From: the human T2T-CHM13v2.0 reference genome, Homo sapiens | DNA length: 64,000 bases | Direction: 5' to 3' (one strand) | NCBI RefSeq assembly: GCF_009914755.1 | Contig: NC_060925.1 | Part shown: positions 45,183 through 58,831 of the stretch, one piece after another | Numbering within the stretch: the first letter of the stretch is position 1 | Layout: each line of letters begins with the position of its first letter | The notes under the pieces: model-generated | Told to the model about the DNA's origin: nothing | Databases searched by the model: none | The model's input: the letters and a program-made list of their open reading frames with translations, nothing else | Program-made: the position numbers and the translations under genes

Positions 45183-45548
45183 TGTATTAGTCAATTTTTT
45201 ATGCTATAAAGAAATATCTGAGGCTGGGTAATTTATAAAGAAAGCAAGTTTAATTGACTCACAGTTTTGCATGGCTGGGGAGGCCTCAAAAAACTTACAA
45301 TTATCGTGGAAGGTGAAGGGGAAGCAGGCACCTTCTTACACGATGGCAGGAGAGAGAGAGAGAGGGTGAAATGGGGAAGATCCCCTAATATAACCATCAG
45401 ATTCTGTGAGAACTCCCTCACTATTACAAGAACAGTGTTGGGGAAACTGCCCCATGATCCAATTGGCTCCCACCAGGTTTCTCCCTCAACACGTGGGGAT
45501 TACAGTTTGAGATGAGATTTGGGTGGGGACACAGAGCCAAACCATGAA
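45183..45548 (-). mobile_element. THE1D-like solo LTR
   Basis: tgtattagtc...gtttaattgactcacag...gatttgggtggggacacagagccaaacc. Confidence 0.9.
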
Positions 45549-47152
45549 ACCTGTTTTCTTTTCTACCAATACATAATTGCCAAATCAATTATGCAAACAA
45601 AGCTGTACCTGGAGTGCCACACTTGACAATAAATCTCATTTAATCAGGTATGACAAGCCCACTGATAAACAGCAAGGATTGATTTTATAAGAGGAGCCTA
45701 TGAGTACATAGCCCTCTTAAGAAAACTGGCATGGTGCCTGGAATAGAAGATTCTTATCTCAGGTGATAAGGCACTCCTTAGCAGGCCACTCCTGAGCAAA
45801 TCTTGGGAGACTCAAAAAGAGAAACATTCATTCAAATTTATAGGTACTGTAGGTAGAATCTGGTGAAGAATGTATTCTGGCTTGCTAGGCTCAGGATAGA
45901 AGGGCAAATAATAGAGACTTAACAATTAAATCCAAGATTCTTTATGAAAATCTCCAGACAAAAATCAGTTATCTTGCATTTGTAGTTGCTTGATGTTGAG
46001 TGGCTCTAGATTTGCAGAGTAAACTCAAAGAGGTCTGTGTAACTATTAAAATTTTTGTTGGTCTAAACCTTAGTAAGGCCAGCCATTTTGTGATTATTAA
46101 TATTTGGAGATAATACCAAAGAGCGAGATTAACAGAAAATTATTCAAAGTTTGGAAATAGACAAAAGAGATCACCGGGTGTACTTTCAGTGTAATGTTGG
46201 GCTTGACTTTCTCTTGACTAGTGTATTTTACAACTTTTTGGTGCCAGAGACTAATTTATAGATTTCTGTCCAGTTTCCTTATGAATTTAATATTTAAATT
46301 AAATTACATATTTGATACATGCTCACTTTATATTTGTATGAGAATACAAATTTTTCCAACCTTTTTAAAATTATACTTTAATGCTGGTAATAATAATAGA
46401 GGTTATAAGATAGACATTTGGTATTATAATATGTCATATTGCTAAATATGTTTTGATGCCAAATCTTTGAAATCTAGTGCTAAATCCTGATAAGAATTGA
46501 GGCTTTTAACTTGCCCTGATGAAATCTCTCTTTCCCCATCTCCATGGTAGCCTTCCCTTGAGAATCAAGAACTCTGTGACTACAGTTATTGTAAAACCAG
46601 GGGCCTGATAGTAGCTACTGAAGGGTCTAGATTGGATTTTGAGCTCCCCCAAGTCTCATATCCAGAGAATTGTACTATTTTCCCCATCTGGAAGTTCACT
46701 GAAAAGCTCCATTCTTAGAATCTGTCTCATTTAGCCTTAATTATCTCCCAATATTTCCATCTACAGATAACAGTAACATCAGAGGTTAGGGTTCAATATG
46801 TGAATTCTGAGGGACAAAATTCAGTTCACTGTAGATTTGAACAGTATCAAAAGAGAGCTGGTTTTCCTATGCTACTACCAGGGAAAGTAGGCTTTAAGAC
46901 AAAAGTTGTTACCAAAAAACCCTAAGGGGTTTATGATGACAAAAGGGTCAATCCATCAGGGAGATATACAACTATAAACATATGTGCACCTAATAACAGA
47001 GTCCCCAAATATGTGAAGCAGGAACTGACAGAATTGAAGGGAGAAATAGATAATTCGACAATAATGGAGACCTCAATACCGCTCTTTCAATGGTGGATAG
47101 TACAATTAGGCAGATTAATAAAGAAATAGCAGACTTAGCAACAAACTTGAAC

Positions 47153-47517
47153 TGTATTAGTCAGTTCTCATGCTGCTACAAAGAACTGTCCAAGACTGGT
47201 AAAGGAAATAAGTTTAATTGACTCACAGTTCCCCAGGGTTGTGGAGGCCTCAGGAAACTTACAATCATGGCAAAAGGGGAAGCAAACACATCATTCTTCA
47301 CATGGCAGCAGGAAGGAGAAGTGCCGAGCAAAGGGGGAAAGCCCCTTATAAAACCGTCAGATCTCATGAGAACTCACTCACCATCACGAGAACAGCATGG
47401 GGGTAACCACCCCCATTATTCAATTGCCTCCCACCAGGTCCCTCCCATGACACATGGGGATTACGGGAACTACAATTCAAGATGAGATTTGGGTAGGGGC
47501 ACAGCCAAACCATATTA
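47153..47517 (-). mobile_element. THE1C-like solo LTR
   Basis: tgtattagtcagttctcatgctgct...gaactacaattcaagatgagatttgggtaggggcacagccaaaccat. Confidence 0.9.
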
Positions 47518-48400
47518 GGAGCTAACATCTATAGGACACTCCACCAACAGTAGAATATACATTTTTCACAACTGCACATTAAACACTATCCAGCATAGAC
47601 AATTTATTAATAGGCCGTAAAATAAATCTCAATAAATTTAAAAAGATTGAAATCATACAAAATATGTTCACTGACCATAATTATGTTTACTGCCCATAAT
47701 GGAATGAAATTAGAAATCAAGAACAAAAGTAAACTTAGGATATTTACAAATAAGTTGAAATTAATACGCTTCTAAATAACTAACAGAAGAACTCACAAAG
47801 AGAATTCACAAAGGTAAATTAGAAAATAAGCTGAGATAAATGAAAATAAAAACACAACATACCAAAACTTAGGAGATACATACAGGTAAAGCAATATTTC
47901 AAGGGAAATTTATGATTATGAACATCTATATTAAATAGGAGAAAGATCTCCAGTACATAGATTTTAACTTGTTACCTTAAGAAACTAGAAAAAGAAGAGC
48001 AAAATAAATCCAAATAAAGCAGATGAAAGGAAATAATAAAGACTAGTGGAAATAATGGAATAAATAATAGAAAAAATAGAGAAAATTAGAAAAATAGAAG
48101 TCAATTCTTTGAAAATAATCAACAAAAGTGAAAAACCTGGGCTGACCTAGAAAACGAGAGAAAAATCAAATTACTAAAATCAGTAATGCAAAAATGATAT
48201 GACTACCTATAGAAATAAAATGATATGACTACTTATAGAAATAAAAAAGGATTATAAAGAAATACGAAAATTATCATCAAAATTCTTTGTCAACAAATCA
48301 GATAACCTAGATGAAATGAACAAATTTCTAGAAAGAATTCTCAGAAAGACAAAATCTTTGAGTTCCTAAAACTGACAATAGAAATGAAATAAAAAATCTA

Positions 48401-48758
<358 letters not shown>

Positions 48759-49550
48759 TCAAAAACTTCCCACAAAGAAAAGCACAGTTCCAAATGGCTT
48801 CACAGACAAATTCACTACTATTTTAAGCAGAATTAACAACAGTCTTTCATACTACTAAAAAAAAAAAAAAATAGAAGAGGAGGGAATGCTTCCAAAATTA
48901 TTCTATGAGGGCATTATTATCCTGATATGAAAATCAGACAAAGGCATCACAAGAAAAGAAAACTACAGATCAACATCCCTTATGAAATAGATGCAAAATT
49001 CTTCAACAAAATACTAGCAGACTGAATACATCAATATATAAAAAAATATTATGCACAATTACCAGTAGGATTCATCCCAGGAATGCAAGGTTGATTTAAC
49101 CTATGACAATCAATCATGTAATACAGTGTATTAATAGAATAAAGGACAAAAAATCACATGATCATCTCAATAGGCACAGAAAAAGAATTTGACAAAAGAC
49201 AACATCCTTTCAAGTTAAAAAACACTAAATAAACTTGGATTAGAAAGGAATTTCCTCAACTTCATTAAGGTCATCTATGAAATACCCAAAGCTAACATCA
49301 TACTTAATGGTGAAAGCCTGGACCCTTTCCATTTGCTATTTGAAAGAAATAAAATGCATCCAGATTGGAAAGAAAGAAGTAGAGCTATCTCTTCTTTTTC
49401 TTGAAGAACAGTGCAGTTCAGAATGAGCCAAAGCTCACCACTCCCAGACAGTACTGCACATTTCTTAGCATCACTCCAATAACCATAATGATGACTACTA
49501 ATATTCTAAGAGCAACTCAGTGTGTCCTGTGTGTCATACTAAGAATAATC

Positions 49551-49842
49551 TTTTTTAAAAACTTTTATTTTAAGTTCAGGGATACATGTGAAGGTTTGTT
49601 ACATAGGTAAGCTTGTGTCATGGGGGTTTGTTGTACATATTATTTCATCACCCAGGTATTAGGCCTACCACCCATTAATTATTTTTCCTGATCCTCTTTC
49701 CCCTCCCACCTTCCACCCTCCCATAGGCCCCAGTATGTGTTATTCCCCTCTATGTGTCCATGTGTTCTCATCATTTAGCTCTCACTTATAAGTGAGAATA
49801 TGTGGTATTTGGTTTTCTGTTTCTCTGTTAGTTTGATAAGAA
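49551..49842 (-). mobile_element. 5'-truncated L1PA (L1PA13-like) 3' end
   Basis: ttttattttaagttcagggatacatgtg...gtgtcatgggggtttgttgtacatattatttcatcacccagg. Confidence 0.9.
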
Positions 49843-52019
49843 CAGCTGTCATTATTTCTATTTACAGATGACATTATATTGTTTATAGAAAACCCTAACT
49901 AACCCACTAGAGAATTATTAGATGCAATAAATGGGTTCAGCAAGGTTGCAGCACAGAAGATCAATGTACGTAAATCAATTGTATTTTTATACTCTTGCAA
50001 TAAAAAATCCAAAGATAAAATTCAGTAAACAATTCAATTTAAGATAGCATAAAGAGAAACTGTGTTCTTAAAAAGAGAATAAAATTCCTAGAAATAAGTT
50101 TAACAAAAGAAGTACAGGAGTCATACACTGAAGACTACAAAACATTGTTGAAACAAATTAAAGTAGACCTAAATAGATGGACATACACCACATATTTATG
50201 CTTTGGAAAACTCAGTATTGTTAAGATAGCAATATTCCCCAAAGTGATAAACAGATTTAATGCAATGTCTATTAAAATTCTACCTGTTTTTTTGGCAGAA
50301 ATTGACAAGCTGATCCTAAAATTCATGGAAATGCAAGGAACACAGAATAGACAAAATAATCTGAAATAAAACAAAGTTGGAGGACTCACACTTTCCAATT
50401 TCAAACCTTACTACAAAGCTACAGTAATCAAGATAGTGTGGCACTGGTGAAAGGATAGAAATATCTATCAATGGAATAGGTTTGGGGTTCCAGAACTAAC
50501 TCCTTTCATTTATGAACAATTTATTTTTTGATAAGGAGGACAAGACAAATGAAGAAAGAATAGTCCCTTCAACAAATGACAGTGGGATAACTATATATCC
50601 ACTGGGACAGAATAAAGTTGAACCCCTACCTCACACCATATACAAAAATGAACTCAAAATGGATTAGAAATCTAAACATAAGTAAACCTTAACATATAGC
50701 TAAAACTATAAAATTGTTAGAAGAAAACCGGAGTAAACTTTTGTGCCTTTGGATTAGCAATAATTTCTCACATGACACCAAAAGTATAAATAACAAATGA
50801 AAAAATAGATAAATTGGACTTCATAAAAATGAAAAGCTTTTGTGATTCAAAGGACTTAAGGAAAGTGAAAAGACAACTCATAGAATGGGAGAAAATATCT
50901 TCAAGTCATAAATTGGCTAAGGAAACTATACATTGAATATATTAAAATCTCTTAAAACTCAACAGTTCAAAAAAACTCAATTAAAAATGGACAAAGGATT
51001 TGAATAGACATTTTCCAAAGGAGATAAACAGATGGCCAATAAGCACAAGAAAAGATGCTCAACATAATTAGTCTTTCAGGAAATACTAATTAAAACCACA
51101 AAGAGATACCACTTTACATATTATAGGAGACTACAATAAAAATGACAGTTAAAAAGTATTTGGGAGGGTATGAAGAAACTAGAATCCTCATACATTCCTG
51201 TATGAATTGTCATGCACTATTAATAAAAATGTAGAACTGTGCATTTGCTTTAGAAAATAGTTTAGCAGTTCCTCAAATGGTTAAACATAGTGTTGTCGTA
51301 CAACCCAGCAATTCCACTCCCAGATTTACACCCAAGAAAATTAAAAACATATGTCTACACAAATTCCTGTATGTGAATGTTCTGAGGAGCATTATTTTTA
51401 ATAACCAAAAAGTGAAAAAGTGAAAGCAACTCAAATGCCCATCAACCAATGAATGGATGAATAAAATGTTGTATATTCATATGACGGAATATTATTCAGT
51501 TGTAAGAAAAGGAAGTTCTGATATATGCTACAGTATGAATGAACCTTAGAAACGTTATGCTAAGTCAAAGAAGCCAGACACAAAAGGCCACACATTGTGT
51601 GATTTTGTTTATATGATATCTCCAGAATTGGCAAATCCCCGGGGACAGAAAATAGTACAGTAATTGCTGGGGTGAAGATAGGAAATAATGGGTAATTTCT
51701 GCTAATTAATATGGGATATCTTTTGGGAGTGATAAAAATATTCTGGAATTAGATAGTGATGATTGGTATACTACTTTTAGAATATACTAAAAACCACTGA
51801 ATTGTATGTTAAAAGGATGTACTTTATGGTGTTTAAATATATCTTAATAAAACTGTTATTTTACAAAACACCTAAAAACATCTGCAATACAATTAGTTGA
51901 AATGAGTTTATGGAAACTTTTGTTGTTGCTGTTGGATTGTATCCTGTTGTTCAGCTGATTTATATTATATGTAATCTTCATTTCAGATGGATCTTGCAAG
52001 TTATTCTTCCTTTCCAGGA

Positions 52020-53270
52020 TTCAGCTTCCCTTTCTAAAAAAGTTTCATCTCTAATAATTTGTTTTATAAATTTCATGGTTTGTTGTCCTTTATATCCTTT
52101 CTGTCATTCATCACTTCTTTGTCTGCTTGGATTCCATGGTCAATTATTAGAATCACTCCTTGACTTATACTCTCAGCGTCTTCCATTGACCTGGTAAATC
52201 CAAACCCTAATATAATGCAACATTAATTCCTCTGTGCCTGCAGCTGGGTAGGTGAATGTGGTTGGAGAAAACTGAAACATAATGTTGACTGTTCTATTCT
52301 TGACTATTAACTTCAAGATGGTCCTGTTGCTGTCTGACAAACCTATTGTATATTGATCCTTAGCTAATTCAATCTCCGGTCTTTCTAAAAGGAAGGAAAA
52401 TAAAGAGAAAAAGGCCACTTTCTTTCTCTTTCTTCAAACTTCCTATACTTCATCTCCTCTCTTCTCCCTGTGCTGATGATTATGATCCTCTACTTTCAGT
52501 AAGAAAACAGGCACCTTTGTAACATTTCAATGTAATAGCACCATCACATCTTCCCAGCTACCTGCAATTTTATCCATAGACCACAACTTTATTCCTAGTT
52601 CAATGGATGAACTGTTCTTGTTCCCAGACTAAGCCTCCCTCTGCTGGTACACAGGTTCCCACCCATCTTTTCTCTTTTCTCCTCCATGATATTGCTCCTG
52701 TAAATGACTTCATCATGTTTTTCAAGCTACTGGATTACTACCACACAGCATACAAACATGCTGTCATATCTCCCATCTTAAAATATTGCCACATCCAGCT
52801 GCGGTCTCATTCTTTTGTTCCTGTTTAAGAAATGTTTCCAGAAAACCTGTCTAAAGCTATTGTATCCACTTATCTGACCCCTCCATTCTTTCTTCAATCT
52901 ACTTTATTCAAGCTTTTTTTCCTTACTCCTTTGACTCTTACAAAGTCATGAGTTGATCTCCACATTTACAAAAACTATGTTCAGTTCTCAGTCTTCATAT
53001 TATTTAAATGAAATCACAATTTTTCATCATTGGTAAGTTTCTTACTTCTTTAAACATTCTATTCACTTACTTTAGGAGTATCACTTTCTCTCTTAGTTCT
53101 CCCCCTGATTTTCAGTCTCCATTGCTGGGTTTTCCTTATCTCCATAACCTCTTAAGTATTGATGTGTTCTAGGGTACACCTCTGCTATTCTCAATTGAAA
53201 CTCATTACATAGGTAAACTTATCTGTACTTATGACTTTATGTACCAGCTACATATTGATGAATTCCAAAC
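52020..53270 (+). mobile_element. Decayed L2
   Basis: cagcatacaaacatgctgtcatatctcccatcttaaaa; tcagttctcagtcttcat; ctacatattgatgaattccaaa. Confidence 0.6.
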
Positions 53271-54516
53271 TTTTAGGGCAGCATTCAGTGTGAAGGAGAT
53301 GTGTGCTAACAAATGTGGAGTGTCAGGGGCTGAAACTTTCTAGCTAGTGGAAGCTATTCCACTGAATCTTGTACTAGGTCACCAAGTAGTTCTAGAAAAT
53401 GAGGGCCCAGTGACCAGCAACATGGGCTAGATTTTGCCGTATCTTAATTCATAGCTGAGCTTGCATTTCTGCACCTTAACTCTGGATTTTAATGCTGAAC
53501 CTTAACTCTTGGACCTCTGCACTTTACTTAAACTGGTATACCCAAATCATAGCTGTGCTTCCTTTAGAAAAATCAGTAGATCCCAGATGCTTGGCCAAAA
53601 GTCCCTTGGCAAATTCTGTTTTGAACTAGGCAGATGCTAACTCTGACCATTTATAGTTTTTGGCAGGCTTGGTACTCAACCTATTCAACACTATTCTAGA
53701 CACTTAGCATCATTCACAGCACATGGGTGTATTTAATATGTGTTATATGTTTGATAAATGTTGGTTGAATGAGGGAATACAGAACAAAGTCTTATACTGG
53801 CCATGAGGGTTTTTTGTTTTTATTTTTTATCTTTCTAAGGCTTACTTTTGAATGTTATCAGAAATGAAGATGTTTTCTGCCCTTCCCTACCTACAGAGTT
53901 GATGTGATATGTAAATGAGCCCTTTGGAGGTAAATATGCTACACTCAAATTCACATTTTCACATCACTTTGTCATTTGTAGAATTTACTACCCAAAATCA
54001 TTTGGTAAACATGCATTGCTATAACTTATTAGAAAATTGTAAGACAATGCAAGTTTTCAGATAATAGCAGGCCATTGGTTAATAAATCAAGTTCAGAATT
54101 CTCCAAATTCTTAGATATAAACTTATTGATATGTAGCATAAAGGGGTTTTGGTTGGTTTCATTGTGGCCAAGCAAATTGATTCTATTCACTAGTCAGGAA
54201 GGAAGGAAGTGACTCAAATCCATCTAACGAGTTTTATATGTATTTACTCAATCTTCCAACGGCTCTCTGGATTACATATTGTTGTGCATATTATGAATGA
54301 CCACATATTACATATATTCAAGGCTATACAAAATCCTGGCAACTTCTACTGCCAGGAAACTGTATATCTTGGGAAACTGTATACCCCAGTATAATAAATA
54401 CTGTCAACTTTAGTAACATTACTGTTGTAGGTCTTCTTGTAGATGAAATTAGAGGATTTTTCAAACATTGTGTGTGGTAATCCATATGAGCGCTTTAGAA
54501 AACCAGGAGGTACTGG

Positions 54517-54823
<307 letters not shown>

Positions 54824-56569
54824 AGAAAACCAGGAGGGACTGAAGTTATTTTTGAGGAAGATCGTAGGGGGAAACATGAAGATTTGAATTGCTTTGAAGC
54901 TGTTCTTTCACCTTAAAATTAATCATTGTTTACTTATGCTTGCTCTCCCAAAGAATGAGTTATAGAGGTGAAACCAGAGCAAGTCTAAGTTTCCCAGACT
55001 ATTCATAACCCTGTTGTTCCCGGATTGACAATGATCCTTATTTTGAATTTTTGCTGGTGGCTGTCTATGAGATGAGCTGTACATTCTTCTGAGGTTGACA
55101 TTATTAGAGGATTGCTCTGTTCCTACTTAAGGGCTGAGGTTTGAGAACAGCAGAGTTGAATTTGTAGATATTACAAGTTCATCAAATGGCTAGGCTCAAC
55201 TTTATGTTTGAAGTCAGCCAATCTTGGCCTAAAGTCTAATATAAAAGAGCTTTCAAACGGGGATATGGATAAATATATCATTTCGTTAGAAATTGTCATT
55301 CCTTTTGACACTTGAATATATGATTAATCAATAAATAAGAAAGATTACATTCCTGAAATAACCACATGAATCATGGTTGATAACATGATTATACTCTGCA
55401 TGTGAAAATTAGTTTGACCTTTTCACAGAAAGAAATCACTGAAAGTAATGTTATTGTTCTGTGGCACATCAAATTTTTTCCCCAACATTAAAGACAGCCT
55501 GGCAGATAGAAACACATAATTCACATTACATTTAATGACTTTTAAATTTATCTTTTAAAATATTTAAATAGATAAAAATTATAAAAACTCACTGAAAAGC
55601 TTATTACCCATGTCCCAGATCCTACTCCATCTCCAGAATTAAGCATTTTTATTTGTTTGTTGGATATACTTTCAGAGACTTAAATAATTTGTATTTAACT
55701 AAGACAAATACATGTTCTTACATTTATCTATTTGTTATCCAAAGGTAATCTACTTTTTAAACTTAATAACATATCTTAGGAAAATTTCTGTGTTGGTACA
55801 CAGAAGGATTACTCTTAGTTTTTTCATTTTTTTTTTTTTTTTTTTAGCTGCATAGTAGTATTCCATTGTATGGCTATATCTTTGTTATAAAATACTTGAG
55901 CTATTTTCAATCTTCTGTCATTCCTAAAGATGTTGCAACAAATACATTTGTATATGTATTATTTCATATGTTAGTCAACTTTAGTAACTGTTAGTATATT
56001 TGCTTTAATATATTCAGTATATATAATAATTGAAATACAATAAAAATGAGATTTTTGGGTCAGAATGTACATACATTTTTCAATAGGAATCTACATGATT
56101 AAATTGCCTGCCAAAGAAGCTGATTCAGTTTGTACTCCCCCAAGCAAAAGGTGAGAGGTGCTTCCAAATTTTCAAATAATTTATCCCAATTCATCTTTTC
56201 CTTTTGACTTTACTTATTGTTGTTTGTTTAACCTCTCTTTTATTTATTTTTCTTTTTGGTATACAGAAGTTTTCTTTTTCTTACACAGTCAAATTTTTCA
56301 ATCTCCTTTTAATGGCTTTTGAATTTAAGATTTGTGTCCCTGTTTTATTCTAGAATTTTTCTTGTTTATTCTTCTGCATGAAATTTAGAAATAGCTTTTT
56401 TGATTCTAAAAAATTATATTTTGGAGTAATTACTTTAAATTTATTAATTAATTTAGAACTATTGTCTTTATTATGTTGAATCTACCTGTTGAAATACATG
56501 GAATGTTTTTGTTTGTTTATGTTTTCTTTTGTGTCCTTCAGTAGTCAACCAAAGTTTTCTGCATATAGA

Positions 56570-56930
56570 CAGTCATGCATCACTTAATATTATGTTTGGG
56601 GAAATGTATGGTTAGGTGATTTTGTCATGCAAACATAACAGAATATGCTTATGCAAACCTAGATGGTATATCCTACTACACAGATAGGCTATACGGTATA
56701 GCTTTTTGCTCTCAGGCTACAACAGCATGTTACTGTACTGAATACTGTAGACAATTGTAACACAAAGGAAATTATTTGTGTATCTAAACATAGAAAAGGT
56801 ACAGTAAAAATATGGTATAAAAGATTAAAAATGATATAACTCTAAAGGGCAGCTTCATTATAATCTTATGGGACCACTGTTGTATATGCATTTATCACTG
56901 ATCAAAGCATTGTTATGCAGATCACGACCC
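56570..56930 (+). mobile_element. Tigger3/MER7-type non-autonomous DNA transposon
   Basis: Left terminal repeat cagtcatgcatcactta; aacctagatggtata..ctactacac; ataatcttatgggaccac; decayed right terminal repeat gttatgcagatcacgac. Confidence 0.85.
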
Positions 56931-57156
56931 TATGGATCTTAAACATTCTCTGTTTAGTTTATTTTTGGATATTTCAGCTTTTTTGTTGCTAATGTGAGAC
57001 ATTTTATTCATTATGTCTAACTGGTTGTTGTTTGTATATGTAAAAGCTGTTTTTCTATATATTGATACAACACATTGTTTGTAATAGTTTTTAATTGATT
57101 TGCTTGGAGTTTCCAGATATTCTCATATTTTTCACAAATAGTGAAGGTTTTAGTTC

Positions 57157-57216
57157 TGTATTAGTCAGGGTTTTCCAGAGAAACAGAATCAACAGGATAT
57201 ATATATATCCTGTTGG

Positions 57217-57256
<40 letters not shown>

Positions 57257-58216
57257 TATGAGGAATTGGCTCACATGATTATGGAGACTGAGAAGTTTGA
57301 CAGTCTGCCACCTGCAACCTGGAAGCACAGAAAGCTGGTATTATATTTCTAGGCTGATTGAGTACAAAGGCTTGGGAATGAGGGGAACTGATGGTATGAG
57401 TTTTAGTCCAAGTATGTAGACTTGAGAATCTGGGGGTCTATGGTGTAAGTCCCAGTCTGAGGGCAGGAGAAGAATCAATTTTCCAGATTAAGGAGTCAAT
57501 ATGAGATAGAGAATTCTTTCTTCTTTGGCCTTTATGTTCTAATCAGGTCCTCAATGGACTGAATGATGCCCACCCACATTGAGGGGGGCAATCTGCTTTC
57601 TAAGTCTACCAGTTCAAATGCTAATCTCTTCCAGAAACACACTAACAGATATACCCACAAATAATGTTTTACATTTTATTGATACATAATATTTTATACA
57701 TTTTTGGAGTATTTTTTTTTATGCATAGATTATGTAGTGATCAAATCAAGGTATTAGGGGCATATATCACCTTAAGTATTTATCATTTCTATGTCTTGGC
57801 AACATTTTAAGTCCTCTTTTCTAGCCACCTTAAAAAATACAATATATAGAATGACAATATAGTCACCCTAGTCCACTATTGAACATTAGAACTTATTTTT
57901 TCTATTTAACATGAGTTTGTACCCATTCACCAGACTCACACCCTTCTTGGCTTCTGGTACCTGTCATTATATTCTCTATCTCCATGTAATCAAGTGTTTT
58001 TAGCTCCCACATGTGAATGAGAACATGTGGAATTTGTCTTTCTGTCCTTGAGTTATTTCACTTAACATAATGTCCTCCAGTTCCATTTATGTTGCAGCAA
58101 ATGACATAATTTCATTCTTTTTTATGGAGGACTAAAATTATATTTCAGAAATAATGTTTAACTAGATATCTGGGCATCTTGTGACTCCGTTGAGATGACA
58201 CAAAAATTAACCATGA
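57157..58216 (-). mobile_element. MLT2B-like ERVL LTR with an internal (TA)n tract, interrupted by L1MA
   Basis: tgtattagtcagggttttccagagaaacagaa...atttattatgaggaattggctcac; resumes at 58149 and ends aaaattaaccatga. Confidence 0.88.
57670..58148 (-). mobile_element. 5'-truncated L1MA 3' end
   Basis: gtgatcaaatcaaggtatt...gctcccacatgtgaatgagaacatg; exact TSD AAATAATGTTT (57659-57669, 58149-58159). Confidence 0.88.
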
Positions 58217-58261
58217 TTAACCTTCTGAATTCAAATGGTTAGACCTTTAATTTATTTTTCT

Positions 58262-58559
<298 letters not shown>

Positions 58560-58831
58560 ATTTCTTTTTCTTCTCTGCATTAACTTATAAGCCAAGCGTA
58601 ATGTTAAAGATAGTTATAAAAATTGCATCATGGTACTTTCCCTTACTTTAGTGGAAATGCCTTTACTGTTTTATCTTTAATATGGCTTTTGAGTTGAGGT
58701 AGATAAGTTTACCTATCTCAGATCTAGAAAAGATCCAAATAAGCTCAATTAGAATCCTTGTTGATCAAGGATTTATATGCACCTAGATAACTGGGAGGTT
58801 TTTTTTCTTAAATAAAAAGTGGTTATTAACT

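Larger units (their letters stand above)
39306..46330 (+). mobile_element. Decayed class I ERV internal region (MER4-group-like, non-coding), interrupted by six insertions
   Basis: AT-rich segments resemble MER4-group internal sequence, e.g. 43395-43580 and 45770-45965 (ggagactcaaaaagagaaacattcattcaaatttataggtactgtagg...agattctttatgaaaatctccag). Boundaries are uncertain. Confidence 0.55.

Noticed and set aside
48191-48242. 26-bp tandem duplication in L1MB (a similar one lies at 22174-22208 in L1PA7)
   Set aside because: Ordinary slippage duplications inside dead elements.
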